From Malacoraja senta (taxonomy: Eukaryota): 64,000 nucleotides of DNA. The DNA lies in contig CM075991.1 in NCBI GenBank assembly GCA_038087875.1, positions 10,046,001 to 10,110,000 on the forward strand. The letters are read 5' to 3'. The notes beneath the pieces were generated by a model. The model was not told the DNA's origin. It was given only the letters and a program-made list of their open reading frames with translations, and ran no database searches. This document shows positions 1 through 12,606 of this stretch, piece by piece (positions within the stretch are counted from its first letter, which is position 1; every line of letters starts with the position of its first letter). A program made the position numbers and the translations under genes.

Positions 1-96
1 TAATGGCTAAAGGATACAAGATCCTAAGTAGTCTTGACAAGGTGGGGAGAATTTAGAACTAGGTGTATAGGAATGCAGATGCTGGTTTAAATTGAA

Positions 97-273
97 GATA
101 GACACAAAACGCTGGAGTAACTCAGCAGGACAGGCAGCATCTCTGGAGCGAAGGGATGGGTGGCGTTTCGGGTCTTGACATCTGAAGAAAGGTCTCGACC
201 CGAAACATCACCCATTCCTTCTCTCCAGAGATGCTGCCTGTCCCACTGAGTTACTCCAGCATTTTGTGTCTAT
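97..273. repeat. Inverted pair of Penelope-derived terminal repeats (foldback)
   Basis: The left arm is the reverse complement of the right arm; contains CTGAAGA...GAAAC. Confidence 0.8.
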
Positions 274-3200
274 TTAGAACTAGAACATTAAAGATGAGTG
301 ATTGTCCATTAAATGGCAGAAATATGGCAGTTTCCTTGTTTTGGCACAAATCCTTAGCACTTCCGCAAAATGGGGTGGAAGAATTTAAAATATATATATA
401 CATATTTAATACAGAGGTAGTTTCTTGATAAGCAAGGGGGTGAAAGGTCACGTGGGGCAGGCAGAAAGATAGAGATGAGGTTGCAGTAAGATGGGCCATG
501 ATCTTATAGAATACCAGAGCAAGCTTGAGGGACTGAGGGGAACATCTGGACCTAATTTGTATGCTCGTGTTGTATGGCTGCTGCTTTTAACCAGCAAAGC
601 AAATCTCACACCCAGAACCTTTCCATAATCAAAAGTGTACATTATTTCAGTCATCTTTCCACCTATTCCCGTTTGTTGTCTTAATTTTCTTCCCCCATCT
701 CTTGTAAAATCCCTAGGAACGATTTCAATGCACAAGAAAGTTGCCATGGCACACACACAAAGGCCGTTTGGATAGCATATGGGTATTGAAGAAAAGATAC
801 AGATAGAATAAGAGTCAGCTACTGATTTAATGCATCAATTAACAAAAAGAGGGTCAGACATAATAAATATCCTGCTTTGAGAGAGTTAATGAACTCGATT
901 AAGTAACCACATTTACCTCAACTGCAAATGAGGTGACATATGTCGCAGTCCCATTGCACTGTGCGAATGCAAGCATCTGTCACCTTTATTAATTACTAGT
1001 GTACCTTAGTACATGTGCTCCTTAAGAAGAGAATACTGCCCTACAACTGGGGAACACTGGATCTTCACCTCCCCCCCTTGCTGAGAGATTTAACCCATTC
1101 CTAATTATTTTTTCTCTCCACCCCAACCTCTCCCTTTTCTTCTTGCCTGGCACCTTCCATTCAAACACAAACGCCTTCCAGCTGAAATCACTGGACAGTG
1201 ATTGAGAGTAGGAATTTCTCATCCTTTGCCCAGAGGTGTTGGGGCCAATTGCAGTACCGCTGCTGCGGTCGCAACTAAATTCAGCACAAACCACCTTGCA
1301 CTCTCTGGCTGAGTGCTGCATTTAATCATTTAGATCACCAGAGAGGCTGTACAACAAACCGATAGTGTGTAGAAGTCAGTGGAAAGTTAACAAACCCACT
1401 ACACTACCCAAACTATAAGCATTATTTTTTCCTTTTACTTGTAGAACAAAGCAAATTTTACTATTTTCAGTTTAGTTTATTGCCATGTGTACATGTGAAA
1501 AGTGAAAAGCTTTTTTGCCGCTTGCTAACCAGTCAACAGAAAGACAATACATGATTACAATCGATCCATTTACAGTGTATGGATACATGATAAAGGAATA
1601 ACGTTTAGTGCACGTTAAAGCCAGCTAAGTCGGATCAAGGGTAGTCCGAGGGTCACCAAAGAGGTAATGCTCAATGATAGAAAACCTTGGATGACTAGTC
1701 TAATATGCAAACGATACCAAAGTCTAAAAAAAGGAAATGTTTAAAAAAAAAGTCACACCCAAGTGATACAAGATTATGCCACGTGTAGGAAGGAACTGCA
1801 GATGCTGGTTTAAACCGAAGATGGACACAAAATGCCGGAGTAACTCAGCGGGACAGGCAGCATCTCTGGAGAGAGGGAATGGGTGACGTTTCGGGTCGAG
1901 ACCTTCAGACTCGTCGAGGTAAAGGGAAACCTTTCCCTTCTCCCTTACTAATCTGAAGAAGGGCCTCGACCTGAAACGTCACCCAAGATTATGCTATTAT
2001 GCTTTGTTGGTCTTTAGATCAAGGGAGAGAATTGAAAATAGGAATGTGTTAGAATACAAGATAATTGTCGCAAAGAGGTGGAGACACAAGAAACCATAGA
2101 TCTTGGAATCTTGAGCAAAACACAAAGAGCTGGAGGAACTCAGTAGATCAGACAGCATTTGTGGAGGGAATGAACAGATGACATTTTGAATCAGGATCCT
2201 GTCAAAAAGGTATTTAGTGAGGAGGCAAAGGATTCAAGACTGGATTCATACAGAGTAATTCATACACTTCAGAGGAACACTGACCTTAAAAGCATCAACA
2301 AAATAAAATGTGCTGGCAATGTTGCAAAATAATCATCTTTAAAAAAAAAAAACCTTTTCTTCTAATCAACAGGAATCAGAATTGGAACAAAGCTTGACAA
2401 TAGCTTATTTACACCTGATGACCAATTTAAGGCACGCTATGCGAGTGATAATTGAGAGATTTAAGTGTTTGGCCCAGTGTTGAGTTAGCCAAACAAAACC
2501 AGCTTGGGAGAGAGATCGCACTTAAACCTGTTACATCACTTGTGACCAATGAAGAACACGATTGCAACACAACAGCGCATAAGATGGAAACGGCACACCC
2601 ATTCATAGTTTCTGCAAAAATAAGGTGTACACAGAATGCGTTTATAATTGCTTTCCAATTAATCCTCGGTTATTATCAAGCAACATCGTCACAAAGGGAG
2701 TTACAAGTCTCTTGTGAACGTCAGAGGGCACATCTCAGAGGCGAAAACACACCTGACAATTGCAGTCCTTAATTTTCTAATTCATCTGCACAGGTTGATA
2801 AAAAAGTATGGAAGAAGTTGTCAGTGCATCTCCTATGGAACATCAGAGATGTTGAAAATTGTGGGGCGTCAGCTTTCCAAGTTCGCAAAAGCAACATCTT
2901 GAAACAATTTTTTTTTTTTTAAACATATTTGCTGAACAGTTGCCCAATACAAATATTAATTAGTTTAAAACAAAAGAAGTGTGGTTGAATAATTATATGA
3001 AATCAGCCTTAGAAACGACCTCTACTATGGAATAAAAGTATATATTATCCACACGTTTGGGTAGTCTTAATCCTGGTGGGTATTGGGTCACAGAATAAAA
3101 CTGGTACTAAATTGTCAGATAGAAAAGCCATTAGATTGATAGTCCAAGAAACCGAAATATGTTTCAATTGTAACTGCGTATTCCCAAGGTCAAAAGAGTG

Positions 3201-3819
3201 CTTTATTTACTGATTCGTTAGTACACTATTTCTTTTGCTGTCTACCAACCAGAAACATTCACTACATTGTGATGTACAATTGTTTGGGAAGCTGACAATA
3301 ATATTCAGCTCTGAGTGTGGGGAGGGGTCCCTCAGTGAGTCATTATTTTCGAAGGTTTGCAAATACAGCTGTGGGCATGTTATTGAAACTGAGAATAGAG
3401 AGTCATAGAGCCATACCGAATGGAAACAGGTCCTTCGGCCTACCGAGTCCACACTGACAAGCAAGCATCTGTTTACGTTAAATCCATGCACCAATCCCAT
3501 TTTATGCTCCCCTGATTTCCAACAACTCCCTGAAACCGATACTCACCTGCACGTGAATTGAGAATTTACAGCCGTTGATTAATCTACCAACCCACTCATT
3601 TTTGAGATGCGGGGAGATCTCGAACACTGGAAAAAAGTGCAAACTTCACACATACGTATCCACAGGAGAAGTCTTCCCACAGACATTTCCCGTTGACAAT
3701 GTATACTTTTATTTTGTGGTTTAGGCTGTGCTTTAGGTCTAGTTTCACATTAACCACAATTCTTTTGTTTTAAATTAATTAATATTTGTATTGGGGCATT
3801 GAACCCCCAGTCATCAGTT

Positions 3820-4205
3820 CATAAATTCTAGGAACAGAATCAGGTCATTCGGCCCACAAAGTCTACTCCGCCATTTAATCATGGCTGATCGTTTTCCCTC
3901 TCAACCCCCTCCCCATAACCCCCGACACCCTTGCAAATCAAGAATCTGTCAACCTCTGCCTTAAATATATAAATTGATGGCCTCCACAGCCATCAATGGC
4001 ATTAAATTCCACAGATTCACGACCCTCTGACTAAAGAAATTCCTCCTCGTCTCCTTTCTATAAGTATGTCCTTTTATCCTGAGGCTGTGGCCTCTGGTCC
4101 TAGACCCTACCACCAGTGGTAACATCCTCTCCACATTCATTATATCCAGGCCTTTCACTATGCAGTAAGTTTCAACGAGGTACCCTCTCATCCTTTTAAA
4201 CTCCT
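3820..4205 (-). mobile_element. CR1-type LINE 3' fragment
   Basis: [12 protein letters not shown]...[11 protein letters not shown] translation. Confidence 0.85.
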
Positions 4206-6513
4206 TCTAAGCAATTGATTTGCAGTCATATAACTCCTTTCACATCTGCTTCCGGGTGTCCTCAAGTACTTCACAGCCAATTTTAAGTACATTAATTTAA
4301 AAATCACAGTAACCAATTGCTACTCAACAAGATCCCATTGTCTGATAACAACCATATAATTGATAACAGACCACTTTTCATCAAAAAAATATTATATGCT
4401 TTTTCTTCTGCTTCATCTATGAGGTGATGAAGAAAATTTGTATCGGTTCAATAACCCTGTTATCGAAGGCATTGAAAGTAAATCAAGTCCAGTTTAACCT
4501 CAATGCTTAAGTACCAATGTCAAAACGATGTCCCTGCAGTGACATTTAGTTCATATGACAATGGCTGCTTGCATCAATTCTAATAGAATCAAAGAAGTAG
4601 CTGGAATCTTGGATTGAACTGTCATTGTGACTGCATCTGGCATTTCTCACTTCAATGACAATGAACTGTACAATGATTTACCTTCTTGGTCAATGGTTTC
4701 AAAGGTGTTCACAGAGGAACCAAAGTTGGCAAGGCAAAATGGTCAACTAGTTGCTTCCTTTACACTTTACAACATAATAAATTAAATTTATAGACTAGAA
4801 TTCCTGTTTCCTTTAAAAAAAAACCCAACTAATTTGTGTGGAATTATCTATAGTCTTTCGGATGGATACCATGATTTAAACCACTCCCACTTAGGTAATT
4901 ATTACAGACACATGGTAAATCTTTCTGACACCAGTATTACCTTGGGACAATTCAGAAGATAGGAAATACTTTAAAAGGAATTTGTTAAAGCTTAACAGAT
5001 GCTCAGCGTCCACTCTTGTTTTGAAAGAGCACACTCTGGAACACACTGGTACAAGCTGTACATTCTGCAGCAGGTAGCCCATTGCATGCTTGGCTTAAAA
5101 ACTATAATAATCCTCAATTTAATAGGGCAACATAGAATAGGCACCAGGGTTGCGAATCTGTGGAATTCTCTGCCACCGAGGGCAGCGGAGGCCAATTCAC
5201 AGGATGGTTTCAAGAGAGACTTAGATATAGCTCTTAGGGCTAACGGGATCTAGGGATATGTGGAGAAAGGAGGAACGGGGTACTGATTTAGGATAATCAG
5301 CCATGATCATATTGAATGGCAGTGTTGGCTCGAAGGACCATATCTATTATCTATGTTTCTGGCCGTGGTACCTCTGAAATAAGGGGAGGATAGCCATCCA
5401 GGGTTGTAACACCTATTGTCATATTGATCTGTGCTGGAAAGTCCAACACATGATGACTGTGGAATGTGCCTTCGATATCCTTCAAGGATTGATGCTTGAT
5501 GACATTTAGTATCTTGGCAAAGAATGAATAAATTTTGATGGTAGAAAAGGGCAGTTCCAACAAACCTCAGCACAAACCCAATGAAAATTGTCAACAGGAA
5601 ATTCCAGCTTTTCAATCATAGCAACAAAAAAATGCCTACCTCTATGCCACAATTCTCTACTGAAATCTTTTAATCAATTCAAATTAAATTTTCCAATATT
5701 GGAATAGATTTAAATTTTGTCAGCATTTAAGTGCTACATAAAGTAAACAGGTACTTGTAGATTAGTTGATATCCGATTGCCTGCTGCCAAAATTCGACAA
5801 AGACCTGACGCTTTAAGCGTTTCAAAAAGTGCGCAAGCAATCAAGTATTAAGGTATAAGCCTTAATAAATTTCACAACCTAGCCTTAAAGACTCAACCAT
5901 TACTAAAGGCCACTATTAGAAGAGGAGATGTATGTCTTTGCCATCTTTTGACAATAGAACCTGATATGTTAACTCTCACACCAGGATTATTCATTTCAAA
6001 GACAACCACCTGTATTTGCTTTCCCAAGCCGTGACCAATGTCCATAGCAGATTTGGGTGGCAGTTTCCAGGATCCTGACCATAATAGAAAACACAGCACT
6101 CCTCAATTGTTCTTGCAAAGATTGTGCAGCTCCCTCCACAGCACCAGGCCCATTCTTTCGCCTCACCTTCCCATGCAAGCCCCGGCAGATCAACACTTAC
6201 CACCTCCTTTCTCGCCATCCATATACTCCTGATTGAAGATGTGAACCCCACTTGTACTACTTAGTTTACTAGACCGCATTCAGTACATAGATGGCTTTTG
6301 AGATGGTGCTGGAACAAAGTGGATCATTGCATGCTGACCCAAGAAGAGGATTCACTCTCAGTGCTAAAGGCATATTCTTCTCTGTGGTGGTAACTAAAAT
6401 ACAAACCGTGCAACCACTTTATAGAGTGCTTTCACTCACTGGTACGCTAAAATGACGAGCATCCAGAGACCCATAAAATGATTTATCCATCTCGCAATCT
6501 GACCTCTGTATGT

Positions 6514-6567
6514 GGGGTGGGAGATTGCAACCTTCACGTGGTCCGTCCTGCCTCGACGAATGCAATC
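6514..6567 (+). ncRNA. Minimal HDV/CPEB3-like self-cleaving ribozyme motif
   Basis: P1 GGGGTGG/CCGTCCT with G1-U wobble; P2 GATTGCA/TGCAATC; P3 ACC/GGT; L3 TTCACGT; J4/2 CGAA. Confidence 0.75.
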
Positions 6568-6637
6568 AACCCGGCGTGCACAATCAAATAGAACAAGTTT
6601 TCCTCCAACTTTAGGCTGTGCACGCCATACGCAAGAA
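6514..6637 (+). mobile_element. Short retroposon with HDV-like ribozyme head and GAA tail (copy 1, apparently full length)
   Basis: TSD gacctctgtatgt at 6501-6513 and 6638-6650; AAGAA tail; second copy at 50809-50937. Confidence 0.85.
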
Positions 6638-9600
6638 GACCTCTGTATGTGATCTCCAACAGATACTTTGAAGCACAAATGTACATTTGAGGAACGGCAC
6701 CTCATCTCCATTGTCCAGCCTCCACGTCACACCATGAACTTTTAACGGTACACAAAAATGCTGGAGAAACTCAGCGGGTGCAGCAGCATCTATGGAGCGA
6801 AGGAAATAGGCAACGTTTCGGGACGAAACCCTTCTTCAGAACTTTTAAATGTCCCACCACCATTCCTACAACTGTCTTCCCAAAGTATTTCTCCTTTAAA
6901 AGGTGCAGATAGTTTTATGGTAACTCATGACTGATCTCATGTAGAAGAGCATGTGACAAATCAACATCTGGTTGCATGCTGCAATTATGGCAAAGAACAG
7001 AGTATGAAGTTGAGATGCTCTCTGTTTTCTGCCCAATAGGTGTAAGTGAGTCATACATCTTTCATAACTGTATTGGTTTATAGGGACTATAGAAAAGGGA
7101 GCAGGCAGAAGCACTGCTGAGGAGTGAGCATTTGCTGACTCTTTCCAAAGAGCTCGTTTGATCTTTGGACCAGGGAAAACTGGGAATCTTATTGTCAAGC
7201 AAGTTTCCCAAGTGACTCACATTTGCATTAGCCAGAAGAATGTTCCAGTTTCAAGTGATGAGGTTGGGTGGAGAACCATATTAACCTGAAACAATCCTTT
7301 TATTATAGCATCTGGATATGGTGAGCATATTTCAAAAGTTTGCCAATACTTTTGTGTGGTCTCCTAATAGATCTTTTTGAGAGGGAGAATGAGCAGGAAA
7401 CCTACTGCCAATGATTTCCATTCTCGTGTCATAACGAGGTCACAAGAATGTGGTTCAATTTTCCAACTTGAAACTCAGCTGCACCATTTTGTAGCTCTAG
7501 TCCGTTAATTAAAGCACGAACTCGGGTATAAAAGTGAAAACAATATATGCAATACACTTACCTGAATCTACAGTTTTTATGAGTCTTGGAATCTATTTTG
7601 ATAAGCAATAAGGCTGGGAGTGACACCACCAATGAACTGTCAAGTAAAACTATCTACAAAATGATTAAACTAGAATGGCAGGCCACACCACATTGTGATT
7701 AATTTGTTTTAATATTACATTTGAAATAAGCTTGAAATTCACCTAGCCTGACCCAAATCTAATGGTGCCACCACATTACCAAATACTGCAAAATCCACCC
7801 CCAAAAAAGGTTGATGCTGGAAATCTGAAATAACAGAAAATAGTATTTCAAACAGCTTATGTGGAGAGATCAAAAGTTTCCAAACTTTACTACACCTATC
7901 GCACATTAAAGGCAAAACTTGGCTAATGGGGCCAACCATTCTCACTGCAAAGCTTGAACTGGATCAAGAACATTTTGGATGGTAGTGCACTTAATATCAG
8001 TGCACATGTCCAGGTGCAAACTCTAAACTCAAACAATATGGTCCCGGTGGTGAAACTTTTACTTGATCCCAAATCCATCATAGTATTAAGGAGATCCAAG
8101 TACACTCTGCTACCCTGCCTGACCTTGCCCTATACGGACAGAATTTCTCATGGACACAACGATGCAAAATCTCTCTAGAGAACCTCGGCTCATATTTCAA
8201 GCTGCCTCAGAAGTAACCTCAGTGCCATTGCACTTTTAACACAAAATAAACTATTGTACATACTGCCCTAACACACTGGGCATTTCTACCTCTGCATTGG
8301 TGTTCTGCCCTGTCATCCTGTAGAGGTTGTCTATTCAAAGGCTCTAAGCTGAAGTAGGGTAGGTACATTTGGACAGGTAAATAGATAGGTCAAGAATGAT
8401 ATTGGGCAAACACAGGCGGGTGGGACTAGTGTAGATGGGGGCATGTTGGTCAGCAACACTGTACAACTCTGAATTTCTCTGCACCTTAATGACATTGAGG
8501 TGAAATTCCATTTTTAATAAACCTAGTTTTTTTTAGGTTCACCGTCAGGTAGAATTCATGCTGCTTCTATGCGAGTTCGATGCTGTTTTTTCGAATCATT
8601 AATTGGTAAGTTAATGGAGTTAATTGGGGATTGGTAAGTTAATGGAGACTGATGGAAGGCTATTGACCTATAACATCAGTTGTTTATTCTCTCCACAATT
8701 GCCACCAGACCTGTTAAGTATCTTCAGCATTTTCTGTGTTGTTTTTTAAATGATAATTTTGTTGAATCCACTAAAAATAAATATATTGGCACAAAATTCG
8801 CCACAGCAAAATACTGCCTGTTTGCCTCAGTAACTACAATCTGTGCTTCCAAGTCTTTTACTAGAGGGACATTAAGCATGCTTCTGACCGTGGGCTTAAA
8901 AGGTGACAGCTGCATCTGTGTGGTAATAAAATAAGCAATCGAAAATTTCAATACAAGATTATAGTTACCCATGCTCGAGATGAGTAGTGGAGTCCTGGAT
9001 TTATCTTAAAGCTTTCTCCAGGAAAAAAGAAATAAAACTGACACTACTTTGACACCTAGGCAGAATCAGGATTAGAACGTCACACCCTGTACACATCTAC
9101 ATTTCACTGCCAAATATCCAACAAAGTTCTTTTGTTTTGGAGTTTGTAAAAAATAGCAAATATTTAATGAATGATCTGGTATAATGTTGCCATCTTGTGG
9201 CAGCAGTTAAAAGTACAAATGTGGTTTGGATCATGAAATAAAATTGCATTCTACATTAAAATGCAAACTTCTGGACCGAGTCTGAAGAAGGGTCCCAACT
9301 CGAAATGTTGTCTGTCCATTTTCCTCCACAGATACTGCCCAACTGCCGAATTCCTCCAGCAGTCTGTTTTTCACTTGAGATTCCAGCATCTGTAGTCTCG
9401 GTGTCTGTTAATTTTGGATGGTGCTTGCTGAGAGAAGAAAGTCAATCAAGTCATAAAATATTTTATATGCTTCTTTGACAACTATTTTTTTTTAAATCGC
9501 TTTTACATTATTCAGTTAAACAGGGATTATTTGAAGGAAAACATGATGCTCAAATTTTAGGGTGGTGAAATCTTTTGCCTCAAAATCTATTTATTTTAAC

Positions 9601-11206
9601 CATCTTCTTAATCCTGTCCTTCTACCACCAATCATGGAATGGAACCCTATGAAATACTCAAGTTCCAATGATCTGCAGTAGACTAGAGACTTCGTTCATT
9701 GGCATAACTGATGGAGCTGCCCAGAATAACTGGAGTTACAAATTTGGACTAACTCAAGAGCTGACCTAAAATCATCCAGGCACCATTGCACTATACAACA
9801 GGTTTGGCAAGTAGGCAAAAAACCTAAGCTGCACCATACATCGGCTAGATTTCTAACAGAAACCTTCAGCGTTATTTTAGTCATAGAATATCAAAATAGG
9901 CAAAGTCAACATTTATGCATATTTATTTGAATTACCCCAATAACTGATTTTTCTTTAAATGACAAGAGCAGGCAAAAGTGGTTCGCACAAAAACGAGCAA
10001 AAATTATATCACATTCTGCAACTGAAAATGCTTCACAAAACTGTTGTCTGTCAATATCTTTAGAATTCAATTATATAGTTATAGATCTGCCAGCATTGAA
10101 ACTTAGCACCTGTTACATATTTCACCAGCAAAGAATATGTAAAAAGCTCTTCTAAGTAACCAAAGTGGGTATTACTTCGTTTTCCTATTTTGAGTCATCT
10201 TCTTTTAATTGTTGTCAAGATTGTCACATAATTCTCTCATATTTTTCAATTCCTTAAAGAGAGCCAAAGAATTGTATTTGACTCAAAAATAAATTGGACA
10301 ATAACATTAGATGGTTCATTCAAAGTAACAGCTCCCCAATGGCCATGTGCCCAAAGTCAAAGGCTTTGTATAACACTCAGCTATATAGATCGTAACATAT
10401 CTGATTCAATTCCTATTATTTGTCATTAGTTGATCTTAAATGATCTGGAAATATAGCGATTAAAGATGTCAATTACAGCAAGGAGCAATAAGGGAAAAAA
10501 AGTCAACCAAAGTTGGTTGACTTTAAATTTGTCCAAAATTTAAAATTTCATTTCACGGTTGAATGAGGAACAAATTTGGATAGCATTTTCCTTCTCTAAT
10601 TAACCTGCTATCACACAAGTTGGTCACGCACATTAGGAATAGTTAGTAAGATAATGTTGGGTGCCCACCAGAGGTCACGAGTGAGTAGCTTCAGGGAAGA
10701 TGGAAAAATATACAACTGCCCCAACCAGCAATGAATGGACAAAAATAAAACCAAAACATGATTCTGACATGCCTGAAGAACGCAACTTCCATTTATTACA
10801 CTGTCACTGTGGCACTGCTCATGTGGAATTGAATTTTTTTCTTCCATATTATTTAATTTCTCAGCACAAACGTTGAAATTGTCACATTCCAGTTGGTTAT
10901 TGATTGTCACAAAGGATGTGGTCAAATGAAACTGCATTCAGATGTGGAAGTAGTTTAAGGTAATCTGCATCATTCAAAATTCACCCCCTTGAATTGAGTC
11001 AACAAATATTTTGCACACAAGGCCGTCGGTATTTTGTATTAACAGGCACACTGGCTTCAGACACGAGAGATTTATAACTACACTGCTGGGTGTTTATCAA
11101 GTGAAGGCGAGCACAATAAAAAACACATTTCACACATTTAAAATAATGGCCGAGTAAAATGACTATTTTTCCGTTTTAGGCATCTGTGTTGCTCTTGAAA
11201 ATAATT

Positions 11207-12606
11207 CTAGTCCAATACAATACTTTTCCGGAGAGGTTCTTCCAACTCAAAAGCCCTCTCTCTGTTACATGATAGTGACCTTCGACGGAGTTTTCTCATT
11301 CTTGCCTGGAATGCAATTTTGCCATCAATATCTTCTGGATTTGACATGTTGCACTCCGATTCAATTAACCCAAATGATCTTCTGCGCATTGTAGTACTCT
11401 TGTTTCTTTTCTCCAAATGTTGAGGGCTGGTTACCTCTATCCAACTTAGTCCTTCCCTATTCATGCAACCAGACAGCCTGGAACTACGTCTCACCTTCTT
11501 TTTAGATTTTGTATTTTGAAGAACACCATCTGAATGTTTAATGCAGGTTTCCGGTTGATTAACTGTCTCCAACATACTTGTGTTTATCTGTTCCAGAAAG
11601 CAATGATCACCAAAATTGAAAAGTAGAGATTCACAATTGTCTGTATCCACCTCATCATCGATTTGATAGGGAACAGTTGGTTCAGCAATCCCCTTCCATG
11701 AAAGTCTCTTCCTTCTTTTCTTTCTTCCCGAGAGGTTCTCGTCTTTCTCTTCATTTTCATCTCCTGCATTGACCACACAACATCCATTAAACTTCAGGAC
11801 CTGTTCTGATTGAGTCACATATGGCAAGTCTATTGCATGGAATAACTTGCTTTGTCTGTGGCTGGATCTGCTTCGAAAATCTTCCCGAGCTTCTGGTGGT
11901 GAAATAATATTATCGTCAAAAACAGTAATATCACCCGTCACCGATTCACTTATCGTTTCTTGAGACTTTTCAGATAAAGAGGCACCGATAGGAATCAATT
12001 TCTCCATTTCATTTGGCTCAGTTTCCTCTCGTCTTTCATTGACATCTTCAAGAACATTTGATTCAGATTCCAAAAGAGAACCTGCACCACCGTAATCATC
12101 AGTATTAATTCTTTCAAAATATTCTTCATGTCCAGTCTCCATTTCACACTGCCCTTCAGATGGACTTTGTGTATCTGTTATTCCTTGTTGACTGCTTTTT
12201 ATCAGAACAGGCAGTTTAGAAAAAGGTTTGCTTTTCATCTTTATTAAAGATTTTCCCCTTCTGACATCTTTGGCGACATTATCAGTCCATTTTACTTCAA
12301 ATGCCATGTCTTTCTTATTTTCACATAGAGAGGGTAACTGACTATTATCACATTTAAGATTGTAATCAAATTGGTTTAATCTCCTGGGCACAAGCCGATG
12401 ATCTCCAGTATTCCCTTTCTGAGCTTCACTTTCAACATCTGATTGAATTTTCTGTTCCTTCTCAAAGCAGTGCATCGCTCCCTTTTGTGGTCTTCTTCGT
12501 CCTTGTGGTTTTTGCCCAACCGACTTCCTAAGGGTGCAACCAGGAGTCCATCCATTAGCTAACGACTCAGACTTGGACATTGAATGCCTTCTTCCTCTAT
12601 CAATAC
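11207..12606 (-). CDS. CDCA2: CDCA2 last coding exon
   Basis: 457-aa ORF extends to acceptor CAG at 12609-12607 (phase 1, GIDRGRRHSM...). Basic RRRS motifs near the C-terminus. TAG stop at 11207. Confidence 0.88.
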
